A DNA stretch of 64,000 nt from an uncultured Verrucomicrobiota bacterium (lineage in GTDB: Bacteria > Verrucomicrobiota > Verrucomicrobiia > Palsa-1439). Where the stretch lies: contig CAZISE010000020.1 of assembly GCA_964541945.1 (NCBI GenBank), forward strand, positions 1,530 to 65,529, in the 5' to 3' direction. Position numbers and translations under genes: made by a program. This document shows positions 8,082 to 17,379 of this stretch, one piece after another (position 1 is the first letter of the stretch; the number at the start of each line of letters is the position of its first letter). The notes below the pieces were generated by a model, which was not told the origin of the DNA, made no database searches, and saw only the letters and a list, made by a program, of their open reading frames with translations.

Positions 8082-8800
8082 AACAGGTCATTGTCTCCGC
8101 CAGTTTCGACGACCTGCGGTCGCGTCACATCCGTCTCCTGGAAGAAGCCTCCAAACTCGGCCAGGTTCACGTCCTGCTCTGGTCCGACAAGCTGACCGGC
8201 AACCCGAAGTTTCCCGAAGCCGAACGGCTCTACCTGGTGCAGGCTGTTCGCTACGTCAGCAGTGTCCGTCTCGTGGACGATCCGCGTGACACCGGCCAAC
8301 TCAAACCCGACCTCTGGGTCAGCGAAACCGACCTGAAGCTCGACAGTGACGATTTCCCCGTTCCGCCGCCGATGCCGGGGCCGACGGGGCGCAAGAAGGT
8401 GGTCGTGACGGGATGTTACGACTGGTTTCACTCCGGACACGTTCGTTTTTTCGAGGAAGTCTCGCAGCTTGGCGACCTGTATGTCTGCATCGGTAACGAC
8501 GCCAATGTGCGCCTGCTGAAGGGCGAAGGGCATCCGCTTTTCCCGCAGGAAGAACGCCGTTACATGGTCGGTTCCATCCGCTATGTCAAACAATGCCTGA
8601 TCAATACTGGCACCGGCTGGATGGATGCCGCGCCGGAGATTGACCGCCTCAAACCCGACATCTACGCCGTGAACGAAGACGGCGATCGTCCCGAAAAACG
8701 CGAGTTCTGTGCGCAACACGGCCTTCAATATGTCGTGCTCAAGCGTACCCCCAAGGAAGGGCTGACAAAACGTTCGAGCACGGACTTACGTGGCTTCTGA
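8078..8800 (+). CDS. Tandem cytidylyltransferase-like (HxGH nucleotidyltransferase, RfaE-domain-II/TagD-like) protein. The N-terminal copy has a degenerate motif, the C-terminal copy is canonical.
   Basis: C-terminal domain TGCYDWFHSGHVRFF (G-x-F-D-x-x-H-x-G-H) plus IRYV...D downstream. N-terminal domain SASFDDLRSRHIRLL is a degenerate version. The ATG at 8078 overlaps the upstream stop (ATGA), giving translational coupling. The track ORF 7679..8800 has an implausible 133-aa leader. Confidence 0.6.
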   Translation: MKQVIVSASFDDLRSRHIRLLEEASKLGQVHVLLWSDKLTGNPKFPEAERLYLVQAVRYVSSVRLVDDPRDTGQLKPDLWVSETDLKLDSDDFPVPPPMPGPTGRKKVVVTGCYDWFHSGHVRFFEEVSQLGDLYVCIGNDANVRLLKGEGHPLFPQEERRYMVGSIRYVKQCLINTGTGWMDAAPEIDRLKPDIYAVNEDGDRPEKREFCAQHGLQYVVLKRTPKEGLTKRSSTDLRGF

Positions 8801-8833
8801 TTGTTTGGCCGTGGCGTCGGTATGCCAGCGGGA

Positions 8834-11224
8834 TTAGCGGGAAGCGGTCGCGGCGCGAACGAACTCATCCAGGCTGATCAATGACGTTGGTTTCTGATTC
8901 GCCTCGATTTTGGCAATGGTTTTTTCGATGGCAACGGCCAGTTCGTTTTGATCCTTGTTTTTTCGGTCTTTCTTGATAATCGCCTCGCGCATCTGACGCA
9001 GTTGCGGGAGCCACGGCGCGGCATGGCTGCCATACCGGGCGAGGTACTCCAGGTATTTCGGAATCCGATGGTTCTGTCCCCACCGCTCCGGCTCCATCAA
9101 TTCCACGCACATCGCCATGGCCTCACGAATCCGCAACCGCGACAACAGGTCCACTCCCGCCAGACGGATACCGTCGGCAAACATCTCGCCGCTGGGCGCG
9201 GGTTCTTTCACCGCTTTCACGATGAACGGCAGCAACGCGGCAATATCGCGCTCATCCAGATGCGGATAAATCCGCTGAAGCGAGCTGCGCGTGGTGCCGT
9301 CCTGGTTTTCGAGCACCGCTTTGATGGCCGGGTACAACAGCTCACGGTTCACGCCATCGAGCGACTCGGCCAGGATACTCTTCGGTTCGTGTTTTCCGGG
9401 ACGCGGTGAAAAGAGCGCGCTACAGGCGTACCGTTGTACCATGGCGCGGGGATCGGCGGGGTTGCGGCGAACGGTCAGCCGCAACAACTCCGGCACGGCC
9501 GCTTTTCGGGTGGCCGGCCCCATCTGGGGCAGTGCCTCGGCGGCGAGACATTGTAACCACGGATCGGGGTCCTGGAGCAACGCCAGCAGGCGAGGAGCCG
9601 CCGCCTCGGCCTTCGGGCCGAGCAATCCCAGCGCCTCGCAGGCGCCGTAGCGGGCATTCGGATTGGGACTGGCAAGCAGCGAAAGCAGGCGCGGCACAAA
9701 GTCGCCATCCCGACGACTCAACGCCTGTGCCGAACGTTTTCGCACGGCCGGCGACCAGCTCGACAAACCGGCCAGCAATGTCTCGGTATCGCGGTGGTCG
9801 TAACAGTTCTTTTCGGTCCAAAAACTGAAATCGCGTCCTGCCGCTATGACCTCGGCGGTTTCTTCGCGCGACAGAGGGGTGGCGGCGCCCGGTTTGCGTC
9901 CGGTCAGGTAGAGGCTTTTCAGCGGCAACGCATAGGTGAGCAGATAGGCTCCGGTGCAGTCCCAGTTGTTGTAACGGTGGCCGCCCCAATTGGCGGGCGT
10001 GCCCTGGTAGAGGAAGGTGCCGTCCCAGCCGCGGGCGAGGTCGTAGTACCAGGCGGTTTCCTTGAAGTACGCACTGGTGGCGAGCGGTCCGCAGCGGGAG
10101 ACGCCGGGTATGGCCCAGAGGATGTTAAAGAAGTTGCCGGTGTGGCCACTTTCGCGTTCGGCATAGGCGGCGGTGGCCATTTTGGCGAAGAAATTGGCCG
10201 CCTCGCGGTCGCCCAACAAGTCGTAAAGCACGGCGGCGCTGGAGCATTTGCCATTGTCCTCGTGCCACGGCCACGGGTCATGGTCGCCATACGGGATGGA
10301 GCCTTTTCCGACGTACCAGCGAAGGAACTGGGCCGATTTCAGGATGGCCCGGTCGAGCGCGGGATCATTCACTCCGGCCTCGCGCGCCAGTAACATGGCC
10401 AGCGTCAGGACGATGCCGGGCTGGTTCATGGCGCCGTAACCGTTGAGAATGCCGTCCGCGCGGGCAAAACCATGCCCCCACGTGCCGACACCGCTCTGGC
10501 CGCGGGCAATGTCGAGCGCGAGCCGTCGCAATCCATCAGCGACCGCCGCGTCGCGCGTGGCCAGCGCGTATTCGGCAAGAAACAGCGTCGCATAAGCATA
10601 CCCCCAGGTGACGTATCCGCCCGGCTGATGCGCGGCGACTTTGCGAGCATAGGCGGCAACCAGCGGCTGGTACTCGCTGCGTCCCGAAGCGAGCAACGCC
10701 AGCGCATTGAGGTCGTTGGGGATCGAGACATCTGCCAGCGGTTTTTTTGCGATGGCCCGGCAGCCCAGCTCAAAAATCCGTTGCGACTTCGCGCAGCCGT
10801 ATGGCGCGGTGTCGCTGTAGGCGCCCATCACGGGCAGTTTGAGTTCGATATTTTCCGTGTGGCCGCCGCGCCAGCGCAACAGGCGGAGAAGGCCGTGATG
10901 CGGTTCTTTCTCGGCTTCCGTGATGGCGTTGGCCAACTGAATCCGGGCATCGCCGTCAAATGGCTTGCCGTCAACTCCGAGGATCACATCGCCCCTGGTC
11001 AGCGCACCATCAGCAGGGGAACCTTTTGCCACGGCGGTCACCAGAATCTGACGGGCATCGGTGGTTTGTCCCTGGCGTCCGCTGATCCAGCCACGCGCAC
11101 CGGTCGGGCCGAGTGTCCAGTCGTGAGTGTCATCGGGTTTGTCGCCACGCGTGAAATCGGGCGCGGCCACAACGTGGAGCCCGAGCAGCCACAGCAAGGC
11201 GACGGCGAGAAGTGTTCTGCTCAT
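8834..11224 (-). CDS. Secreted PDZ-domain protein with a central alpha/alpha-toroid-like domain and C-terminal HEAT/PBS-lyase-type repeats (796 aa).
   Basis: Signal peptide MSRTLLAVALLWLLGLHVVAA. PDZ-like KGSPADGALTRGDVILGVDGKPF. Repeats ...NARYGACEALGLLGPKAEAAAPRLLALLQDPDPWLQCLAAEALPQMG typical of HEAT/PBS lyase. Confidence 0.65.
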   Translation of the reverse strand: MSRTLLAVALLWLLGLHVVAAPDFTRGDKPDDTHDWTLGPTGARGWISGRQGQTTDARQILVTAVAKGSPADGALTRGDVILGVDGKPFDGDARIQLANAITEAEKEPHHGLLRLLRWRGGHTENIELKLPVMGAYSDTAPYGCAKSQRIFELGCRAIAKKPLADVSIPNDLNALALLASGRSEYQPLVAAYARKVAAHQPGGYVTWGYAYATLFLAEYALATRDAAVADGLRRLALDIARGQSGVGTWGHGFARADGILNGYGAMNQPGIVLTLAMLLAREAGVNDPALDRAILKSAQFLRWYVGKGSIPYGDHDPWPWHEDNGKCSSAAVLYDLLGDREAANFFAKMATAAYAERESGHTGNFFNILWAIPGVSRCGPLATSAYFKETAWYYDLARGWDGTFLYQGTPANWGGHRYNNWDCTGAYLLTYALPLKSLYLTGRKPGAATPLSREETAEVIAAGRDFSFWTEKNCYDHRDTETLLAGLSSWSPAVRKRSAQALSRRDGDFVPRLLSLLASPNPNARYGACEALGLLGPKAEAAAPRLLALLQDPDPWLQCLAAEALPQMGPATRKAAVPELLRLTVRRNPADPRAMVQRYACSALFSPRPGKHEPKSILAESLDGVNRELLYPAIKAVLENQDGTTRSSLQRIYPHLDERDIAALLPFIVKAVKEPAPSGEMFADGIRLAGVDLLSRLRIREAMAMCVELMEPERWGQNHRIPKYLEYLARYGSHAAPWLPQLRQMREAIIKKDRKNKDQNELAVAIEKTIAKIEANQKPTSLISLDEFVRAATASR

Positions 11225-11236
11225 TGGTGATTCCGC

Positions 11237-12235
11237 TCAGCCCATCCATGGGCGCGAACGGTGACCGCCGGCTACGGCTTTGAGGGCCTGGTCGGCAATG
11301 GCGGTGTTTTCGACGACCTGGAAATCGAACATGCCGACGCAGAGGAAGTCGGCGCCGTTCTCGAAACACCATTGGAAGGCTTGTCGGGGATGAATCGCTC
11401 CGGCGGCTAGTGTTTTGAAGGCAATCCACGGTTTCTTCAAGGTCGCCATGTAATCAATGGTCTCCTTGGCGTCAATGCACCACATGTTGTCGTGATGCAG
11501 CCCGTGCTCGCGTTTGTTGCCGTTGACCTCGTCGAAGATGCGACGATTTTCCACCGGCGTGGCCGACCAGTAGTCGTCACGGTGAAGGGTTTTGACCCAG
11601 AAATCCACTTCGAATCCGGCTAGGACACACTCGCGGATCGTTTCCAGACAATGGGCGCCGATACCGTAGGGAACCTTCTGGGTTTGCATGAACTTCAGCG
11701 CCGACTCGATTTCGCCAAGCTGGCCGTCCTTGACCAGTTTGTCGCAGTAGCCGCCCTGCAGATAGATGGCGTGGGCGCCGTTGTCCACGGAACGTTTGAT
11801 GCCGTCCTTGAGGTTGCTCGTGGCGCAATCGGAGATCCACTGGATTTTACCACCCTGTTTCCAATACGCATTGATCACACGGTCGGAGACGGGGTTGGTC
11901 AACACCGTATTGATGCCGCGCCGCTCGGCCAGGCGGAAGGTTTCAAAAATTTTCTCATCCGTGTGGTACGCCTTGACCAACGGCGACACGTAGATGAGGT
12001 CGCGGCTGTGCGCCCAGCCGCCGATGAGATTGCCGCCGCAAATAATGCGGCTAACCTCCAGGTTCTTGATTTTTCCCTTCGGAAGCTCCAACGGATCTGG
12101 CATCGCAACCGCGGGCGTTCCCGCCTTGATCTCCGCGCTCAGTACCTGCTCCTCAAAACTGTGCCCCACCAACGCCGTGCTGCCGACCGCCAGCGAAGTC
12201 TTCAGAAAACCACGACGACCAATCTTCTTTGACAT
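11237..12235 (-). CDS. Tat-exported hypothetical protein (332 aa; function unknown).
   Basis: Twin-arginine signal MSKKIGRRGFLKTSLAVGSTAL. There is an uninterrupted ORF with good coding periodicity, but no confident family match. Confidence 0.55.
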   Translation of the reverse strand: MSKKIGRRGFLKTSLAVGSTALVGHSFEEQVLSAEIKAGTPAVAMPDPLELPKGKIKNLEVSRIICGGNLIGGWAHSRDLIYVSPLVKAYHTDEKIFETFRLAERRGINTVLTNPVSDRVINAYWKQGGKIQWISDCATSNLKDGIKRSVDNGAHAIYLQGGYCDKLVKDGQLGEIESALKFMQTQKVPYGIGAHCLETIRECVLAGFEVDFWVKTLHRDDYWSATPVENRRIFDEVNGNKREHGLHHDNMWCIDAKETIDYMATLKKPWIAFKTLAAGAIHPRQAFQWCFENGADFLCVGMFDFQVVENTAIADQALKAVAGGHRSRPWMG

Positions 12236-12341
12236 GGCACTCTCTCCGTTTGCGCCGAATCTACGCGGCCCGACGGCAGAGTCAAGAACAGATACCGCAG
12301 TATTGCCAACAACGGGCGGAGTCGGCTACAAAAGAGTTCCT

Positions 12342-13418
12342 ATGCGATACGCAGTCATCATGGCAGGCGGTTCCGGTACCCGGCTGTGGCCGATGAGCCG
12401 GGCCACACTGCCCAAACAACTGATCCCGTTCCTGCAAGGACGCAGTCTGCTGGACATCGCCGTGCAACGCCTCGACGGACTGGTACCGACAGAACGCTGT
12501 TACATCTGCGCCAACCAGGCCCACGCCAAACGAATTCCGCCACACCTGCCTTTCCTCGGCGAACCGGTCGGACGCGACACGCTCAACGCGGTCGGCTTCA
12601 CCGCCGCCGTCATCGCCCGACGCGATCCTGACGCCGTGATTGCCGTGTTCACTGCCGACCACATCATCGAGCCGATCGCTCAGTTCCAGAAAATCGTCGA
12701 ACACGGCTACCGTCTCGCCGAAGAATCGCCCAACACGCTCGTTACCTTCGGCATCGCACCCACCGCCGCCGCGACCGGTTACGGTTACCTGCAGCTTGCC
12801 GAGGCGATTGACGACTCGGCGCGTCGGGTCGCGCAATTCAAGGAAAAACCCGATCCTGCCACGGCCCAGCGCTATTTCGCCGCCGGCCCGACGCGGTATC
12901 TGTGGAACAGCGGCATGTTCGTCTGGCGCGCCGCCACACTGCTGGATTGTATCCGACGGTATCATCCCGAAAACCATGCCGGGCTGATGCGAATTGCCGA
13001 GGCGTGGGACACGCCGCAACGCGACGCCGTCTTGGCGACGGTTTTCCCGACGCTGAAGAAGATCAGCGTGGACTTCGCCGTGATGGAACCGGCCTCGCGC
13101 GACCCGCAGGTGCGCGTGGTGGCCGTGCCGATGCCGCTAAAATGGCTCGATGTCGGCTCCTGGCCGTCGTTTGCCGAGACATGTCCGAAGGACGCCGACG
13201 GCAATGCTCTGGCCGCCGGGCGCGTCCTGTTGATGGATACCCGTCGCAGTCTCATTGCCTCCAACGACCCGAAGCATCTGATTGCCACCATCGGCTGCGA
13301 AGACCTCCTCATCATCCACACGCCCGATGCCACGTTGGTCTGCCGCGCCGACCGGGCCGAGTCCATCAAGGAACTCCATCAACGTGTCGGCGAGAAATTC
13401 GGTAAGGAATTGATTTGA
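12342..13418 (+). CDS. manC: Mannose-1-phosphate guanylyltransferase (GDP-mannose pyrophosphorylase).
   Basis: MRYAVIMAGGSGTRLWPMSRATLPKQL is the canonical ManC/CpsB N-terminus, and the length is 358 aa. The track ORF from 11994 carries a spurious 116-aa extension overlapping the upstream gene in antisense. Confidence 0.85.
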   Translation: MRYAVIMAGGSGTRLWPMSRATLPKQLIPFLQGRSLLDIAVQRLDGLVPTERCYICANQAHAKRIPPHLPFLGEPVGRDTLNAVGFTAAVIARRDPDAVIAVFTADHIIEPIAQFQKIVEHGYRLAEESPNTLVTFGIAPTAAATGYGYLQLAEAIDDSARRVAQFKEKPDPATAQRYFAAGPTRYLWNSGMFVWRAATLLDCIRRYHPENHAGLMRIAEAWDTPQRDAVLATVFPTLKKISVDFAVMEPASRDPQVRVVAVPMPLKWLDVGSWPSFAETCPKDADGNALAAGRVLLMDTRRSLIASNDPKHLIATIGCEDLLIIHTPDATLVCRADRAESIKELHQRVGEKFGKELI

Positions 13419-13420
13419 TC

Positions 13421-14023
13421 ATGCAACCTTGGAAAACCATCTCCCGCCAGGTCGTTCGTGAGTTCGGCAAGTTTCTCACGGTGGAAGTGCATCAGATCGA
13501 GTTACCCGACGGGCGTCGGCTCGACAACTGGCCCTGGCTGGTCTCGCCGCATTTTGTGCTGGTCCTGCTGCGGACGGTTGACGGCCGATTTGTGATTTTC
13601 CGCCAGACCAAATACGCCGTCAAAGGTACCTCGCTGGCACCGGTGGGCGGTCACATCGAGGAGGGTGAGCGTCCGCTGGCCGCTGCCCGACGCGAAGCTC
13701 TGGAAGAGACCGGCTACGTGGCCGCTCGTTGGGTGTCGCTGGGCCGATTCGTCGTCAACGGCAATCACGGCAACGGCGGCGCGCATCTTTATCTGGGGCT
13801 GGACGCCCGTCGCACGACCGCGCCCAGCGGCGGTGATCTGGAGGAACAAAAGTTGTTGTTGTTAACCCGCCGCCAACTGGAAACGGCTCTCGACCGTCAT
13901 CAGTTCAAGGTCCTTGCCTGGTGCGCCCTGATTTTACAGGCGCTGCGTTACCTCGACCAAAAGGAGAAATCATCGCCATGCTCAAAACCGGCATCCTCAA
14001 CCCGCACATCAACTCGTTACTGA
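13421..14023 (+). CDS. NUDIX hydrolase (nucleoside-diphosphate-sugar pyrophosphatase type; candidate GDP-sugar hydrolase).
   Basis: Nudix box GGHIEEGERPLAAARREALEETG. The ATG at 13421 has aaggaa 8 nt upstream. The gene lies 2 bp after the manC stop. Confidence 0.75.
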   Translation: MQPWKTISRQVVREFGKFLTVEVHQIELPDGRRLDNWPWLVSPHFVLVLLRTVDGRFVIFRQTKYAVKGTSLAPVGGHIEEGERPLAAARREALEETGYVAARWVSLGRFVVNGNHGNGGAHLYLGLDARRTTAPSGGDLEEQKLLLLTRRQLETALDRHQFKVLAWCALILQALRYLDQKEKSSPCSKPASSTRTSTRY

Positions 14024-14367
14024 GCCGCATTCGTCACACCAACACGCTGGTCATTGCCGACCGCGGATTCCCCTTCTGGCCGATGATCGAGACGGTGGAC
14101 ATCTCGCTGGTGGACGATGTTCCGACCGTGCTCGACGTGCTCAACGCCATCCGCCCGAACTTTGTGATCGGCAAGGCATGGATGGCGCAAGAGTTCCTCG
14201 CCCACAACCGCGCCCCAACCCGCGCGGCGTTTGCCAGGGCCCTGGCCGGCATCCCGCTCGTCTATGAACCGCACATCGAGTTCAAGAAACGAATCCCGCA
14301 CGCCATCGGCCTCATCCGCACGGGCGACACCGTCCAGTACGCCAATCTCCTCCTGGAATCGGCCTAG
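13978..14367 (+). CDS. fucU: RbsD/FucU-family sugar mutarotase (L-fucose mutarotase / D-ribose pyranase).
   Basis: MLKTGILNPHINSLLSRIRHTNTLVIADRGFPF matches the RbsD/FucU N-terminal signature (H..D.G.P). There is a perfect SD aaggagaaat 8 nt upstream of the ATG at 13978. Confidence 0.8.
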   Translation: MLKTGILNPHINSLLSRIRHTNTLVIADRGFPFWPMIETVDISLVDDVPTVLDVLNAIRPNFVIGKAWMAQEFLAHNRAPTRAAFARALAGIPLVYEPHIEFKKRIPHAIGLIRTGDTVQYANLLLESA

Positions 14368-14463
14368 CACTGAAAGCGGTTGGTTGATTGTTGCCGGCGT
14401 TTTTCTTTGCGCTGGTCAAGCGCGCCGGGCGTGGTAGGCTTCCGCTCCGAGGAGTAACAAAAC

Positions 14464-16347
14464 ATGACGAGATTCGGACTGACCCGGTGGATGGTTTTGT
14501 GGTTTCTGGCGGTTGCAATCGGCGCGGAGGCAGGGACGGATACGGACTACTATCGGATCCGCGGCGGCATTCCCAATAGCCAGTATTTTTTCCAAAACGA
14601 CAAGGTCGGCAATCAATACCTGTTTTTCATTGGCAACACCGTGCTGGCCGGAAAGGGATTGAAGGACCAGAGCCTGCGGTACTCCGCGCAAATGGTAAAA
14701 GGGTTCAAGAAACATTTTCCACAAGCGGGGATCATTGAGACGCGGCACATGCAGCCGGGCGGAAGCTGGTTGGGATTGTATCGGTGCAGTCGGGGGCAAG
14801 CGGTGTTTGGGGAGGTGATCTGCAGCGGACATCTGGCCATTCTCGACTTTGCTGCCGATGACCGGAACATGGATATGGAGACGGTCAAGACCTCTCTGGA
14901 AGGGCTGGTTCGCCAGATCACGCTGTATCGGGCCACTCACAGCCGAATTCTCGTTTACACGCTAACCCCGGAGATGCTGGCGGCGTACAAAGACGGTCGG
15001 ACACCCGAATACATCAAGGTCTGCGAACAAATCGCGGATCATTACGGAATTCCCAGCCTGAACCTGGCCCGGTATGCGGCAGACAAGATTCTCTCCGGCG
15101 CGATTTCCTTCGCGGATTTTTCCGCCGACGGGATTCATCCGACCGATGCGGGAGCGAAGATTTACAACGAGGCCGTGGAAAAGTTCGTGGAGGCACTGAT
15201 GACGGCGTTTCCCGTTCCCGACAAACCCACCGCCTACAAGCTGCCGCCCGCCCTCTTTGCAGAAACCAACGACAATGGGCGCATCATCGCGTATGAGGAC
15301 CCGGTGGTGAAACGGTCCGGCTCCTGGGAACCAGGCCAGGCCAGTCCCATCGGCCCATTCCGCCACATCCTCGTTTCCAGCAAGGTCGGCGACACTTTGT
15401 CACTGAAGTTCAAAGGTTCGGAAATCGGGATCATGGATGTCGTGGATAAGGACAGCGCCGACCTCGAGTATGCGGTGGATGGCAGCGCGTTTCAAAAGCT
15501 CGCCGCACCCAAAGACACGGCAGCCCCGACAATGCGCGCCGTCGCGCTGGTCAAAGGATTGAACCGCGACGCCGATCATGAAATCGTCCTGAGAATCGCT
15601 TCCGACGGAACAACGCGCATGGGCGGGTTTCTGCTCAACGGCACCGTCGCGGACGCCTTTGCGGGGATGAGCACTCTGGAGAAGATTGACGCCATCTATG
15701 CCGCAATGGACCCAATCCGTTATACGCCGCCGACGGGACGGTTTGCGAACATTCCCCGAACAATGGACAAGCTCCACAACGGCGGTGAACTGCGGATGGT
15801 GCTGCTGGGCGACAGCATCATGGGCAACACCTCCGCCTCGTCGTTCGAGCTGTTGCTGATGAGGCACTACCCAAAATGTAAAATCATCAAGATCCCGTCC
15901 CTGCGCAGTTCCACCGGTTGCAAGTACTACCAGCAGGAAAACCGGGTCCAAGACTACGTCCTGAAACATCACCCGGACCTGCTGGTCATCGGCGGCATTT
16001 CCAACGGAGGCGACGCCGAGGCCGTCCGTTCCGTGATCCGACAGGTCCGCGCCCAAAAACCGGACACGGAAGTGTTATTGTTGACACCCGTGTTCGGCTC
16101 CGTCCGCGACGAACATATCCGGACCTGGACACGCGAGATTGACACCACCCGGAGCAATTTCCGCTGGAACCTGCAGAAGGTCGCCACCGAGGAGAAATGC
16201 GCCTTTTTCGACATGACCGGCCCGTGGTGGGAATACATCCAGAACAGCGGCAAAACCTACGGCTGGTTTATGGGCGACGCCGTTCACGCCAACGCGCGCG
16301 GCTGCCAGATCATCGCCCGCCTCCTGGAAATCTGGTTCAAGGAATAA
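14464..16347 (+). CDS. Secreted tandem SGNH/GDSL-hydrolase-fold protein (two SGNH domains; the first lacks the nucleophile Ser).
   Basis: Signal peptide MTRFGLTRWMVLWFLAVAIGAEAG. Domain 1 has FFIGNTVLAG (GDS->GNT) but retains DGIHPTDAG (DxxH block V). Domain 2 has MVLLGDSIMGN and GDAVHANARG. Confidence 0.75.
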   Translation: MTRFGLTRWMVLWFLAVAIGAEAGTDTDYYRIRGGIPNSQYFFQNDKVGNQYLFFIGNTVLAGKGLKDQSLRYSAQMVKGFKKHFPQAGIIETRHMQPGGSWLGLYRCSRGQAVFGEVICSGHLAILDFAADDRNMDMETVKTSLEGLVRQITLYRATHSRILVYTLTPEMLAAYKDGRTPEYIKVCEQIADHYGIPSLNLARYAADKILSGAISFADFSADGIHPTDAGAKIYNEAVEKFVEALMTAFPVPDKPTAYKLPPALFAETNDNGRIIAYEDPVVKRSGSWEPGQASPIGPFRHILVSSKVGDTLSLKFKGSEIGIMDVVDKDSADLEYAVDGSAFQKLAAPKDTAAPTMRAVALVKGLNRDADHEIVLRIASDGTTRMGGFLLNGTVADAFAGMSTLEKIDAIYAAMDPIRYTPPTGRFANIPRTMDKLHNGGELRMVLLGDSIMGNTSASSFELLLMRHYPKCKIIKIPSLRSSTGCKYYQQENRVQDYVLKHHPDLLVIGGISNGGDAEAVRSVIRQVRAQKPDTEVLLLTPVFGSVRDEHIRTWTREIDTTRSNFRWNLQKVATEEKCAFFDMTGPWWEYIQNSGKTYGWFMGDAVHANARGCQIIARLLEIWFKE

Positions 16348-16377
16348 CGCTCTTCATCGTCCAAGCAACCGGCCATT

Positions 16378-17379
16378 ATGAAGCTGTTTTTTGCTCTTCT
16401 GGCAGTCAGCGCCAACTTGTTTGCCGCCGAATTGGTGGACTACGGGCCGCTGGCGTTTCAGCCGGACACCTGGGCTGAGAAAAAACAGGACACCAGAATG
16501 CTGGCCTGGGAAGGCCGTGAGATTGTTTTTCTCACTCTGCCCGGCAACTACGATGCCCGTCTGATGGAACATTGGGTCCGGCGGCTCGACGAAGGTTGGG
16601 CGCTCTACGCCGACCTCACCGGGGCGCGGCCACGTCCCCTCAAACAACTGCACGGCAAAGCCACCATCGCCGCCGTGCCCGACGGGTTTACCTGCGGGGC
16701 CGGTTGCGGGTACATCGGCGCCACCGGCATTGAGCTTTCGATGTTCTACCACTCCAACTATCCGGCATTGAAAAAGAATCCCGACGCCATTCCGCACTAT
16801 GTTTTCTATGAGATGGGCCGCAATTTCTATACCTTTGGCGACCGCCATTCCTGTTTCATCACCGGGTTTGCCGTCTTCATGCGGTACGTTTGCATGGACA
16901 ACCTCCGATGCGCCGACAACGATCTGAAAACCCGCCAGACCATCGAAAAAGCCGAGTCGCTCATCGTCCGCGAGAACATGCCCTTTCTGAAAGCGTTTAC
17001 CAACGCCGGCGGCCTCACCGAAAAACAAGCCCGCCTCAAAATCCATCCCAGCGATCAACCCGTCATCTACGCCTCCGCCATGATGCGCCTCTACCGCGAG
17101 AACGGCGGCAACGACTGGCTTCGCCGCTTCTTCCGCGGCCTCGCCCAATCTCCCACTTCCAGACCCGACACCCGCGAGGGCGCCCTCCAGCAAAGTTGGT
17201 ACTGGTATCTTTGCGCCAGCCTTGCCGCCGGAAAAGATTTGTCCTCGGTGTTTGCAGACCGGTGGCGACTGCCACTGGCCACGACAACACGCCGCCAACT
17301 GGCCTCACTCGACTGGAAACAACCGGGGTTGTCGCCTGCCACCATTTCTGAACAAATCAAACCAGAATGGCTTCCATAA
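16378..17379 (+). CDS. Secreted hypothetical protein (333 aa).
   Basis: Signal peptide MKLFFALLAVSANLFAAE and an uninterrupted ORF. The antisense ORF 16354..17298 is GC-frame noise. Confidence 0.55.
   Translation: MKLFFALLAVSANLFAAELVDYGPLAFQPDTWAEKKQDTRMLAWEGREIVFLTLPGNYDARLMEHWVRRLDEGWALYADLTGARPRPLKQLHGKATIAAVPDGFTCGAGCGYIGATGIELSMFYHSNYPALKKNPDAIPHYVFYEMGRNFYTFGDRHSCFITGFAVFMRYVCMDNLRCADNDLKTRQTIEKAESLIVRENMPFLKAFTNAGGLTEKQARLKIHPSDQPVIYASAMMRLYRENGGNDWLRRFFRGLAQSPTSRPDTREGALQQSWYWYLCASLAAGKDLSSVFADRWRLPLATTTRRQLASLDWKQPGLSPATISEQIKPEWLP

Noticed and set aside
13415-13420. TTG start at 13415 for the NUDIX gene (track start)
   Set aside because: It overlaps the manC stop. An ATG at 13421 with an aaggaa SD at proper spacing is more plausible.
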